A DNA stretch of 64,000 nt from Flavobacteriales bacterium (GCA_013360395.1 JABWBQ010000006.1:9637-73636), one strand, 5' to 3'. Positions 35,892 to 44,462 are shown, counted from the first letter of the stretch. Notes: generated by a model not told the origin, from the letters alone. Numbers and translations: made by a program.

Positions 35892-36523
35892 CCCCCAAGG
35901 TGATCCGCACCAGCATCGTCGAGGACGACCCCACCATCCGGGAGACCCTTCGCGCCCTCTTCACCTTCGAGGGAGGCTTCGAGCTCTTCACCGTGCACAG
36001 CACCGCCGAGGATGCGCTGCTGCGGTTGCACGACAGGTGCCCGGACGTGGTGATCATGGACATCAATCTGCCGGGAGCGAGCGGGATCGACCTGGTGCGG
36101 CAGCTCAGCAGGCGGTGCTGTGCCACGCAGTTCCTGATGTACACCGTGCACGACGACGACCACCGCGTGTTCGAGGCCCTGAAGGCCGGTGCCAACGGCT
36201 ACATCCTGAAGGGCAGCACCCCGGACGAGATCCTGGAGGCCGTGCGGGAGCTGCACCTCGGGGGAAGCCCCATGAGCGCCCCGGTGGCGCGGCGCGTGGT
36301 GGCCCACCTGCGTCCGCAACAGGGTGGCGGGGTGGCCGATGCCGGGCTCACCGAACGCGAGCAGCAGATCCTCGCCCTCCTGGCGCAGGGCCTGCTCTAC
36401 AAGGAGATCGGCGACCGCCTGGGCATCACCGTGGGCACCATCAAGCAGCACATCCACAGGATGTACGAGAAGCTCCACGTGCAGAACCGCACCGAGGCGG
36501 TGAACCGCTTCTTCGGCCGCTGA
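35888..36523 (+). CDS. response regulator, NarL/FixJ (LuxR) family
   Basis: REC domain (IVEDDPTIRE...VVIMDINLPG) plus C-terminal LuxR HTH (LTEREQQILALLAQGLLYKEIGDRLGITVGTIKQHIHRMYEKL). Confidence 0.9.
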   Translation: MTPKVIRTSIVEDDPTIRETLRALFTFEGGFELFTVHSTAEDALLRLHDRCPDVVIMDINLPGASGIDLVRQLSRRCCATQFLMYTVHDDDHRVFEALKAGANGYILKGSTPDEILEAVRELHLGGSPMSAPVARRVVAHLRPQQGGGVADAGLTEREQQILALLAQGLLYKEIGDRLGITVGTIKQHIHRMYEKLHVQNRTEAVNRFFGR

Positions 36524-36581
36524 GCACCGGAACGAACGGTCCGTGGCCTCCGGCACCCCGCTTTCCCGGTTATTTCGTGCC

Positions 36582-37172
36582 ATGGCGAAGCAGGACCTGG
36601 TGCGCTGCCCCTGGCCGGGCACCGATGCGCGCATGATCGCGTACCACGACACCGTGTGGGGTGTTCCCGAGCACGACGACCGCAAGCTCTACGCGAAGCT
36701 GGTGCTCGACGGCGCGCAGGCCGGCCTGAGCTGGAGGACCATCCTGCACCGCAGCGAGGGCTACCGCAAGGCCTTCCACGACTGGAACGTGGAGCGCATC
36801 GCCCGCTATGGCCGCAAGGACGTGGAACGCCTGCTCGCCGATGAGGGGATCATCCGCAACCGCGCCAAGGTGGAGAGCGCCATCAACAACGCCCGGGCCT
36901 GGCTGGCGGTCATGGAGGGCGGCCCAGGGTCGTTCAACGACCTGCTCTGGAAGCACGTGGACCACCGCACCATCGTGAACCCCTGGCGCGAGAACGCCCA
37001 GGTGCCGGCCAGCACGCCCGTCTCGGACGCGTTGAGCAAGGAGCTGAAACGCGCGGGATTCACCTTCGTGGGCAGCACCATCGTCTACGCCTTCATGCAG
37101 GCCGTGGGCATGGTGGACGACCACCTGGTGGGCTGCTGGCGAAAGCCCGGGGCCGGGGCCCGCTATCTTTGA
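36582..37172 (+). CDS. tag: DNA-3-methyladenine glycosylase I
   Basis: CPWPGTDARMIAYHDTVWGVPEHDDRKLYAKLVLDGAQAGLSWRTIL... is the Tag signature. Start at M14 of the track ORF (the 36543 start is an alternative). Confidence 0.85.
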   Translation: MAKQDLVRCPWPGTDARMIAYHDTVWGVPEHDDRKLYAKLVLDGAQAGLSWRTILHRSEGYRKAFHDWNVERIARYGRKDVERLLADEGIIRNRAKVESAINNARAWLAVMEGGPGSFNDLLWKHVDHRTIVNPWRENAQVPASTPVSDALSKELKRAGFTFVGSTIVYAFMQAVGMVDDHLVGCWRKPGAGARYL

Positions 37173-37264
37173 TCGGGCATGGCCGCCGGAGCGTACCTCG
37201 CTGCGCCGATGGACCGGGAAGCGGAGCACCTTCCGCGCCGGAGCGCGGCCCATCGTACCCATCC

Positions 37265-38098
37265 ATGAGCACGGGAAGGTCATCGGTCTCGCCCATCCGG
37301 ATGCGTCGTGTGGTGCCGGAGGGCTGCACCGAGGCCGACGACCTGCTGGTCACCGAGGAGCCGCTGGAGATCCGCCTGGGGCACGGGCCCGTGGAGGACC
37401 GCAGGGAGATCCGCCTCAGCGTCACCATGCGCACACCGGGCCACGACGGGGAGCTTGCCCTGGGTTTCCTGTTCACCGAGGGACTGATCGCGTCGGCCGA
37501 CGAGGTGGTGCGCGTCACCGTCTGTGCGAACGTGAAGGAGGAGGAGCGGGGCAACGTGGTGCGTGCGGAACTGCGGCCCGACGTGGCCGTGGACCCCTCG
37601 CGCTGGCAGCGCAACTTCTACGTCACCAGCAGCTGCGGCGTATGCGGCAAGAGCAGCATCGAGGCCGTCCAGGTGTTGCGCCAGCACCCGCTGCGGCCTT
37701 GGGGCGCCATCGAGCCCGCCCTGATCCGCACGCTGACGGACCGCATCGGCGAGGCCCAGACCGTGTTCCGCCGCACCGGTGGCATCCACGCTGCGGCGAT
37801 CTTCAACCGCGCCGGCGAACTGTTGCTGCTGCGCGAGGACGTGGGCCGCCACAACGCCGTGGACAAGGTCATCGGTGCGGCCCTGCATACCGGGATGGAC
37901 CGCACCGACCACATCCTGCTGGTGAGCGGCCGCGCCGGGTTCGAGCTGGTGCAGAAATGCGTGGTGGCCGGCATCCCGTTGATGGCCGCCGTGGGGGCGC
38001 CCTCCTCCCTGGCCGTGCGCCTGGCCCGGGAAAGCGGCCTCACCCTGGTGGGCTTCCTGCGCGAGGGACGCTTCAACCTGTACGCGGGGGAGCTCTGA
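37265..38098 (+). CDS. fdhD: formate dehydrogenase accessory sulfurtransferase FdhD
   Basis: EEPLEIRL, SSCGVCGKSSIE and GGIHAAAIF...HNAVDKVIGAAL are FdhD motifs. Track ORF starts on TTG at 37169 (overlapping the tag stop); the first ATG at 37265 gives 277 aa. Confidence 0.8.
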   Translation: MSTGRSSVSPIRMRRVVPEGCTEADDLLVTEEPLEIRLGHGPVEDRREIRLSVTMRTPGHDGELALGFLFTEGLIASADEVVRVTVCANVKEEERGNVVRAELRPDVAVDPSRWQRNFYVTSSCGVCGKSSIEAVQVLRQHPLRPWGAIEPALIRTLTDRIGEAQTVFRRTGGIHAAAIFNRAGELLLLREDVGRHNAVDKVIGAALHTGMDRTDHILLVSGRAGFELVQKCVVAGIPLMAAVGAPSSLAVRLARESGLTLVGFLREGRFNLYAGEL

Positions 38099-38130
38099 AC
38101 CACGCCCCGCGCCGCGAGGCTCCTGACCGG

Positions 38131-38397
38131 TTACCGCCAGTAGTTGTTGGCCGCGGCCACCGTCTGGAAGTTCAGCGCCACCACCTGCGAGGCCATCGTG
38201 AGGCTGTCCGCGTTCTCCGCGTAGGCCGGACGCAACCGGTCGCGCACCTCGGCCGAGGGCTGCGTGTACTTCACCCCCATGCGCGCGAGCTTGATGGCCA
38301 GTTCAAAGCCTTCCTGCGGGGTCTTGGTGATCAAGGTGGTGAGCCAGGTTTCCATGATGGTCGATGCATTGATGGGACGATGGACAAGGTACTTCAT
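38131..38397 (-). CDS. small hypothetical protein
   Basis: 88-aa ORF (MKYLVHRPINASTIMETWLTTLITKTPQEGFELAIKLARMGVKY...) with protein-like composition; no recognised domain. Start uncertain (M at 38418, 38397 or 38352). Confidence 0.35.
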   Translation of the reverse strand: MKYLVHRPINASTIMETWLTTLITKTPQEGFELAIKLARMGVKYTQPSAEVRDRLRPAYAENADSLTMASQVVALNFQTVAAANNYWR

Positions 38398-38445
38398 CCG
38401 GCACGGGCCGGCGTGCACTTCCGCCGCCGGTGGCGGCGACCAGGT

Positions 38446-38838
38446 TCAGTACAGCCCCCGCAGCTTCGCCATCCACCACGGCGCCAGCGCGGTCACCACC
38501 GGCACCAGCACCCAGATGCGTCCCCGGGTGAGGTCGTAGTCGAGCAACAGTTCGCTCCACGGTTTCTTGAACAGGAAGTGCCCCGCACCGAACTCGAACC
38601 CTAGCGTGAGCCCGAGCCAGCACAGCCCGATGGCCCAGGCCTGCGGTGCTGTGGCGGGCCCCAGCCAGCGGATGCCGAGCCACGTGGCCAGCAGGATCAG
38701 CCCGCACAGCATCAGGGTGCTGATCGCGAGACCCGCCGTGAGGCCCGTGTACGGGATGATGAACTTCACCCGCACCGTGCCGTTCGCGATCGCGAGCACC
38801 ATCAGCAGGAACCAGAAGAGCAGGGTCTTCCACCACAT
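38446..38838 (-). CDS. hypothetical membrane protein (4 TM)
   Basis: MWWKTLLFWFLLMVLAIANG... has four hydrophobic helices and W-rich composition typical of small membrane proteins. Confidence 0.5.
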   Translation of the reverse strand: MWWKTLLFWFLLMVLAIANGTVRVKFIIPYTGLTAGLAISTLMLCGLILLATWLGIRWLGPATAPQAWAIGLCWLGLTLGFEFGAGHFLFKKPWSELLLDYDLTRGRIWVLVPVVTALAPWWMAKLRGLY

Positions 38839-39011
38839 GACGGTCGTTTTCCGAAAGATGGCGATGCCCCACCGCGCGGGGAATGTCGAAGGTCAGGCCG
38901 CGGACCGGCGGTATTCATCGCCGGCGTTCACGGGAACACGACCTTACGGCAGTCCGGCAGGTGGCGACGGTGCGGCGGGTGTTGCGGGTGCTTGTGTGAG
39001 CGGGATGATCG

Positions 39012-39125
39012 GCGGGCTCTTAACGCTACCATGTCGCCCTCGGCGATGCCGTAGTCGGCGGTCGCCCTAAGGCTTGATCGTGAGCACATGCTCGGTGGGG
39101 ATCACCCCTTCGCTTGTGCGGTATC
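39012..39125 (-). pseudogene. relic fragment of an FdsA-like (formate dehydrogenase alpha) C-terminal region
   Basis: Minus-strand translation reads ...RTSEGVIPTEHVLTIKP*/ATADYGIAEGDM in two frames with a stop. It matches fdsA ...RTANSTILTEDVLMIHPEDAAKHGIAEGDMV; nucleotides 39029..39052 (ccatgtcgccctcggcgatgccgt) are identical to 40270..40293 inside fdsA. Confidence 0.45.
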
Positions 39126-39172
39126 ATGGGGTACAGCGCCAATGGCGCGGCCTTCGTCTATCTTTGAGCATC

Positions 39173-39406
39173 ATGCTCGACTGGCATCAGCATATCGCGG
39201 CCGATCCCCAGGTGATGTACGGCAAGCCGTGCATCAAAGGCACGCGCATTCCGGTGGACCTGATCCTCGACAAGCTGGCCGCCGGGCAGAGCGTGGATGA
39301 TCTGCTGGAGGGTTACCCGCAGCTTACCCGGGAGCATGTGCAGGCCTGCCTGCAGTATGGTGCGGACTCCGTTCGGAACGACATCGACCTACCCTTCGCT
39401 TCCTGA
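39173..39406 (+). CDS. DUF433 domain protein (putative antitoxin-like partner)
   Basis: M34 of the track ORF: MLDWHQHIAADPQVMYGKPCIKGTRIPVDLILDKLAAGQSVDDLLEGYPQLTREHVQACLQYG is the canonical DUF433 fold; it is followed after 6 nt by the DUF5615 gene. Confidence 0.7.
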   Translation: MLDWHQHIAADPQVMYGKPCIKGTRIPVDLILDKLAAGQSVDDLLEGYPQLTREHVQACLQYGADSVRNDIDLPFAS

Positions 39407-39412
39407 TCGGCC

Positions 39413-39763
39413 ATGCGTTTCGTGGCCGATGAATGCCTCGATGCGCGCATCATCAAGCGCCTCGTTGTCGATGGACATGACCTCGTGGTCGTACGCACCG
39501 AGCTGACCGGCCGCAAGGATGAGGATGTGTTGCGCATCACACGGGACCGCGACGCCATGCTCATCACGGAGGACAAGGACTTCGGTGAACTGGTCTTCCG
39601 GCTCAAGGCCGTTCACGCGGGCGTGGTGCTCGTGCGCATGCACGGGCTTACGGGAGCCGAACAGGCCCAGCGCGTTTCACAAGCTGTGAAGGACCACGGT
39701 GCTGAATTGCTGAACGCATTCACCGTGATCACCGGGAAGCGGCTGAGGATCCGCCGGGGTTAG
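39413..39763 (+). CDS. DUF5615 family PIN-like protein (putative toxin-like partner of DUF433)
   Basis: MRFVADECLDARIIKRLVVDGHDLVVV...ITEDKDFGELV is the DUF5615/PIN-like pattern, usually paired with DUF433. Confidence 0.7.
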   Translation: MRFVADECLDARIIKRLVVDGHDLVVVRTELTGRKDEDVLRITRDRDAMLITEDKDFGELVFRLKAVHAGVVLVRMHGLTGAEQAQRVSQAVKDHGAELLNAFTVITGKRLRIRRG

Positions 39764-40039
39764 TTCCTCAGCGGTACATCACCAGCCTTCCGCAAGCCGG
39801 CCTACGGCAGGAAAATGCACCAGATCAGGCTTTCACCGTCACCTCACCGGCCTTTATAATTGATAGGGCGGATCAATGCTTTGATCGACACGCCGCTGGC
39901 TGGGCACGATTCGTATAGAACGAGCAACGCTGATCGAAAACTTTGACCCACCGACTCAATAGGTGCGCCTTTCCCGCTTCACAGGACTTCGCTCGTTCCT
40001 CGCTCAGCCCCGCATGGCGGGATCTCGCTTTGCTCAACT

Positions 40040-42973
40040 TCATTTCAAAAGGACTTCACCCGCGTTCCGCGTGTGGGCTTTCCGCGCCTTCCTGATCCTG
40101 CAGCTCACCACCTTGTATTCAGGACACTTGGCCTCACTGTCGTGCACGTCGCTGGTGATCACGTTGAGCATGATCTCCGGGAAGTGGAAGGTGCTGCTGA
40201 GGATGCCGGGCCTCACCTCATCGGTGATGCGCGCCTTGATGTCCACCTTGCCGCGCGGGCTCTCCACGCACACCATGTCGCCCTCGGCGATGCCGTGCTT
40301 GGCGGCGTCCTCGGGGTGGATCATCAGCACGTCCTCGGTGAGGATGGTGCTGTTGGCCGTGCGCCGCGTCATGGTGCCGCTGTTGTAATGCTCCAGCTCG
40401 CGGTTGGTGGTGATGATGTAGGGGTAGTCCTTGCCGTGGTCCAGCACCTCGCGGCTCTCCTGCCAGTGCGGCGCGATGAACCGGCCTTTGCCGCGCTTGA
40501 AGGTCTCGGTGTGCAGGATCTTGGTGTCGGTGCCGTCCGCCGCCACGGGCCACTGCTTGCCGTTGTCGCCGAGGTTCTCCCAGCGGATGCCCTTGAAGAA
40601 GGGCACGATGGCGCTGATCTCCTTCAGGGCCCAGGCGGGGTGGTAGCTGGTGCGCGTGACGGTGCGCCCGCCCTCCTGCACTTGTTGCTGGTACTTGGCG
40701 ATGCTCGGTGCCGCCCCGCGGCCGTTGCTGAAGGGGTTGGGCAGGCCCAGGCGTTCGGCCAGGCGCTCGGTGATGTCCACGATGATCTGCCCGTCGGACC
40801 GCGTGCCGGGCAGCGGGTCCACCGCGGCCTGCACACGCTGCACGCGGCGCTCGCCGTTGGTGAAGGTGCCGCTCTTCTCCAAGAAGGTGGCGCCGGGCAG
40901 GATCACATCGGCGTAGCGGGCGGTCTCGGTCATGAAGATCTCCTGCATCACCAGCAGGTCCAGCCCCTCCATGGCGCGGATCACCTTGTTGGTGTTGGGA
41001 TCGGTCTGCACCACGTCCTCGCCGATGAGCCAGAGCGCCTTGAGGCGGCCCTCGATGGCGGCGTCGAACATCTCGGGGATCTTCCAGCCGTTGCGGTCCG
41101 GCACGGGCACGCCGTAGTGCTCGCGGTAGATCCGGTTCACGTCGGCCTGCTCCACCTCCAGGTAGCCCGCGCCCTGGTGCGGCTGCGCGCCCATGTCGGC
41201 CGCTCCCTGAACGTTGTTCTGGCCCCGCAGCGGGTTCACGCCCACACCGCGCCGGCCGATGTTGCCGGTCATCATGGCCAGGTCGGCGATCTGCATCACC
41301 GTGAAGGTGCCCTGGGAGTGCTCGGTGACGCCCAGGCCGTGGAAGCTCATGGCGGCCGGTGACTTGGCGTAGGCGATGGCCGCACGGCGCACCTGCTCAC
41401 GGTCCACGCCGGTGACCTGCTCCATGCGGTCCACGTCCAGCGCCAGCAGCTCCTTGCGGAAGGCCTCCCAGCCCTCGGTGCGCCGGGCGATGAACTCCTT
41501 GTCCACCAGATCCTCCTTGATGATGTAGTGCATCATCATGTTGAGCAGGGCCACGTTGGTGCCGGGCCGCAACTGCAGGTGATGCGTGGCGTAGCGCGCC
41601 AGGTGGATGCGACGCGGGTCGATCACGATCAGCGTCTTCCCCTTCATCACCTGCTGCTTGATGCGTGCGCCCGTCACCGGGTGCGCATCGGTGGGGTTGG
41701 CGCCGATCAGCAGGATGGTGTCGGTGTCGCTCAGGTCGTCGATGCTGTTGGTGGCGGCGCCGGTGCCGTAGGTCTGCTGCATGCCCAGCGCGGTGGGGCT
41801 GTGGCACACGCGCGCGCAGCAGTCGATGTTGTTGGTGCCCACCACCGCGCGCATGAACTTCTGCATCAGGTAGTTCTCCTCGTTGGGGCAGCGCGCGCTG
41901 CTGATGCCGGCGATGGCGTCGGGGCCGTGCTCCTCCCGGATCCGAGCCAGACGGTCCACGATGAAGGCGTAGGCCTCGTCCCAAGTGGCGGGCTCGAACG
42001 TGCCGTTGCGTTTGATCAGCGGGGTGCGCAGGCGGTCGGGGTGGTCGTAGAAGCTGAAGGCATAGCGGCCCTTCAGGCAGGTGTGGCCCTGGTTGGCCTC
42101 GGCGCTGTACGGCGCGCGGATGCTCACCACCTTCTCGTCCTTCACGTTCACCTCCAGGTTGCAGCCCACGCCGCAATAGGTGCACACGGTGCGCACCACC
42201 TTGTCCGGGATGTTCTCCTTGCTGCGGAACACATCGGTGATGGCGCTGGTGGGGCAGGCCTGCGCACAGGCGCCGCAGCTCACGCAGTCGCTGTCGAAGA
42301 AGCTCTCGTCGGTGCCCTTCACGATGTGGTTGTCGAAACCGCGCCCGGCCATGGTGAGCACCATTTCCCCCTGCACCTCATCGCAGGCGCGCACACAACG
42401 GAAGCAGCCGATGCACGCGCTGAGGTCTGATACCATATAAGGATGGCTCGTGTCCATCGGCGTGTCCAAATGGTTCCTGCCTTTCGGGTAGCGCACGCTG
42501 TCGATGTCGAAGCCCACCTGTTGCACCACGTTGTACAGTTCGTTGCGGCCGTGGTCCTCGGTCTTCAGGCGCTCGGTATCATAATCGGTGAGCACCAGTT
42601 CCACGATGTTCCGGCGCAGCCGCTCCATGCGGGGGCTGTTGGTGGTGATGTACATGCCCTTGCCCACGGGGGTGTGGCAGCTGGCCATCACTTTGGAAGG
42701 GCCATCCTCCTGCAGGGCCACTTCCACCGAGCACACACGGCAGCTCCCGAAGGGTTCCAGGTTGGGCGCATCGCAGAGCGTGGGCACGGGGTTGGGCCCG
42801 ATGTGCCGCCGCATGAACGCGAGCATGGTCTCCCCCTTGCGGATGGGGTACGCCTGGCCATCGATGAAGGCGACGTCCACATCGGCGGCCACCTGGTTGG
42901 ACGTGGTGGGCGCGCCTTGCGTGCGTGCGACGGGAGCAGCGGCGGTTCCGTGCTTGGCTTGGGGCGTGTTCAT
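40040..42973 (-). CDS. fdsA: NAD-dependent formate dehydrogenase alpha subunit (FdsA/FdhF type: 2Fe-2S, 4Fe-4S and molybdopterin-bis-PGD domains)
   Basis: The track translation shows four regions: (1) N-terminal ferredoxin-like segment IDGQAYPIRKGETMLAFM...CRVCSVE; (2) 4Fe-4S clusters (CIGCFRCVRAC, CVSCGACAQACP); (3) CTYCGVGCN molybdopterin-oxidoreductase Fe-S domain with a Cys (not Sec) active site SARCPNEEN; (4) C-terminal molydop_binding. Start at M13 (MNTPQAKH...). Confidence 0.9.
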   Translation of the reverse strand: MNTPQAKHGTAAAPVARTQGAPTTSNQVAADVDVAFIDGQAYPIRKGETMLAFMRRHIGPNPVPTLCDAPNLEPFGSCRVCSVEVALQEDGPSKVMASCHTPVGKGMYITTNSPRMERLRRNIVELVLTDYDTERLKTEDHGRNELYNVVQQVGFDIDSVRYPKGRNHLDTPMDTSHPYMVSDLSACIGCFRCVRACDEVQGEMVLTMAGRGFDNHIVKGTDESFFDSDCVSCGACAQACPTSAITDVFRSKENIPDKVVRTVCTYCGVGCNLEVNVKDEKVVSIRAPYSAEANQGHTCLKGRYAFSFYDHPDRLRTPLIKRNGTFEPATWDEAYAFIVDRLARIREEHGPDAIAGISSARCPNEENYLMQKFMRAVVGTNNIDCCARVCHSPTALGMQQTYGTGAATNSIDDLSDTDTILLIGANPTDAHPVTGARIKQQVMKGKTLIVIDPRRIHLARYATHHLQLRPGTNVALLNMMMHYIIKEDLVDKEFIARRTEGWEAFRKELLALDVDRMEQVTGVDREQVRRAAIAYAKSPAAMSFHGLGVTEHSQGTFTVMQIADLAMMTGNIGRRGVGVNPLRGQNNVQGAADMGAQPHQGAGYLEVEQADVNRIYREHYGVPVPDRNGWKIPEMFDAAIEGRLKALWLIGEDVVQTDPNTNKVIRAMEGLDLLVMQEIFMTETARYADVILPGATFLEKSGTFTNGERRVQRVQAAVDPLPGTRSDGQIIVDITERLAERLGLPNPFSNGRGAAPSIAKYQQQVQEGGRTVTRTSYHPAWALKEISAIVPFFKGIRWENLGDNGKQWPVAADGTDTKILHTETFKRGKGRFIAPHWQESREVLDHGKDYPYIITTNRELEHYNSGTMTRRTANSTILTEDVLMIHPEDAAKHGIAEGDMVCVESPRGKVDIKARITDEVRPGILSSTFHFPEIMLNVITSDVHDSEAKCPEYKVVSCRIRKARKAHTRNAGEVLLK

Positions 42974-43113
42974 GGGCTGCTGGGCTTCAAGGACGAAGAT
43001 AGGAAGCACGTCAAGGTAGGCGTTGGGACAGCTCGACAGGAGCCTTGGGTGATCGCGGGGGGGGGAGAGGGATCTGCGATGGAATGCTCATCTTCGTGGG
43101 AAACCGCATCCGC

Positions 43114-43662
43114 ATGAAACGCGTGATCGACCTGCACGCCATCGGCGAGCGCATCCAGTTCAACGACGCGCGCGAGCGCACCAACGGCCAACGCAGCGAG
43201 GCCACCTTGAGCCTGGGACCGGGCAACAAAGGCCCGGGAGCGCACATCCACATCGGGCAGGATGAGGGCTTCAAGGTGAACAGCGGGAAGCTCATCGTGA
43301 CCATCGGGAAGAAGGAAGTGACGCTCGGCCCGGGGGAAAGCGCGGTGATCCGCTCCGGGGAAGCGCACAACTTCCGCAACGCGAGCGATACCGAACGTGT
43401 GGAGGCCGATTTCTGGTACGAGCCCGCCTTGCACATCGAGTGGATGCTGCAATCCATGGGCGACACGGCCATGGAACGCGGTGGCGATTGGCACAAGGTG
43501 CCGCCCCTGGCCGCCATGCACCTGCTGTGGAAGATGCGGATGGAATACCGGCTGGCGGGCATGCCGTTCTGGTTGCAGGATGCGCTATTCGGCTTCGCCT
43601 CGCTGCTCGCACGGCTCACCGGGGCGCACAAGCTATGGCCGCTGCCTCCGGATCTCCGTTAG
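43114..43662 (+). CDS. cupin domain protein
   Basis: Two cupin motifs (GPGAHIHIGQDEGFKV and GPGESAVIRSGEAHNFRN); start at M24 of the track ORF (alternative M14 at 43084). Confidence 0.7.
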   Translation: MKRVIDLHAIGERIQFNDARERTNGQRSEATLSLGPGNKGPGAHIHIGQDEGFKVNSGKLIVTIGKKEVTLGPGESAVIRSGEAHNFRNASDTERVEADFWYEPALHIEWMLQSMGDTAMERGGDWHKVPPLAAMHLLWKMRMEYRLAGMPFWLQDALFGFASLLARLTGAHKLWPLPPDLR

Positions 43663-43790
43663 GTTCCGGGCTGTAGTGGCCCGGTTGGATCCGGGTTGCG
43701 CTGGAGGATGGGAAGCAGGTACTCCCCCTTCTTGATGGGATACACCTTGCCATTGATGCGGGTGCCGTCCACCTCAGCAGCACTTGGTCG
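43662..43790 (-). pseudogene. relic fragment of an FdsA/NuoG-like N-terminal 2Fe-2S segment
   Basis: C-terminus of minus ORF 43659..44069 reads VDGTRINGKVYPIKKGEYLLPIL, matching fdsA IDGQAYPIRKGETMLAFM. Nucleotide identity is about 78% over about 50 nt (against about 30% expected by chance). The rest of that ORF is junk and it abuts the cupin stop. Confidence 0.4.
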
Positions 43791-44266
43791 GCGGGGGCGG
43801 CGGAGCGACGGGCATGCGCACGGCCGGTGCAGCAGGGCACTTGGATGTGTCGAGGCCGACGACAGGCGAAGTGATCCGGCGGTGTTCCACCGCGCATTGC
43901 ACGATCGATCCGTGGTGCGCCACAGCGCGCTGGAAGAGCTCCTTACATGTCGCATCGATGCACAAGGTGTGTCACATGCGGTCGCATCATCGCGCGTTGG
44001 ATCGCCAGTCGAAGTGATGTGATGATCGTGTCGGAACACGGATGCGCGAGCGATGAGGATGAAAGGCACGATGTGCGGAATGCCGCTTGCACCAAGGGTT
44101 GCGTGAGGTCGATGCGCAGCGCATCATGCACATCGCATCGTGTGCATGCGCGTGGTCGGGGATCGGTCCGCATCGTTATCAACAATATTTGGTTGGAACA
44201 TCTTTGCAACCTTTTGATGCGCACAAGCGTTCGAGGTGATACGTTTGTCTCAAACCCTTAACCGTC

Positions 44267-44383
44267 ATGGCAAAGAAGGCAGCTAAGAAGGCCACGAAGA
44301 AGGCCGCGAAGAAGGCGACCAAGAAGGCCGCCCCGAAGAAGGCCGCGAAGAAGGCCACGAAGAAGGCCGCGAAGAAGAAGTGA
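44267..44383 (+). CDS. histone H1-like lysine/alanine-rich microprotein (38 aa)
   Basis: ATG GCA AAG AAG ... TGA encodes MAKKAAKKATKKAAKKATKKAAPKKAAKKATKKAAKKK. It is preceded by a lower-GC stretch (44161..44266) and followed by two perfect hairpins. Seen only as the antisense FFAAFF run in track ORF 44179..44682. Bacteroidota carry similar KKAAKK histone-H1-like genes. Confidence 0.55.
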   Translation: MAKKAAKKATKKAAKKATKKAAPKKAAKKATKKAAKKK

Positions 44384-44404
44384 GGAGCTGTGCTCCGAAC
44401 GTTC

Positions 44405-44462
44405 GAAGGGCCCGGTCTCCGGGCCCTTCGCCATTTCCGACGCACCGCACCGCGGTGCGTCG
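44405..44462 (+). terminator. tandem perfect hairpins between convergent microprotein and fdsB genes (bidirectional terminator candidate)
   Basis: gaagggcccgg-tct-ccgggcccttc (11-bp stem) and cgacgcaccgc-ac-cgcggtgcgtcg (11-bp stem) followed by tgctttcaaa. Confidence 0.55.

Noticed and set aside
43659-44069. 136-aa minus-strand ORF as a real gene
   Set aside because: Only its last roughly 35 codons resemble anything (an FdsA N-terminal segment); the remainder is compositionally junk and runs through the palindrome-rich spacer.
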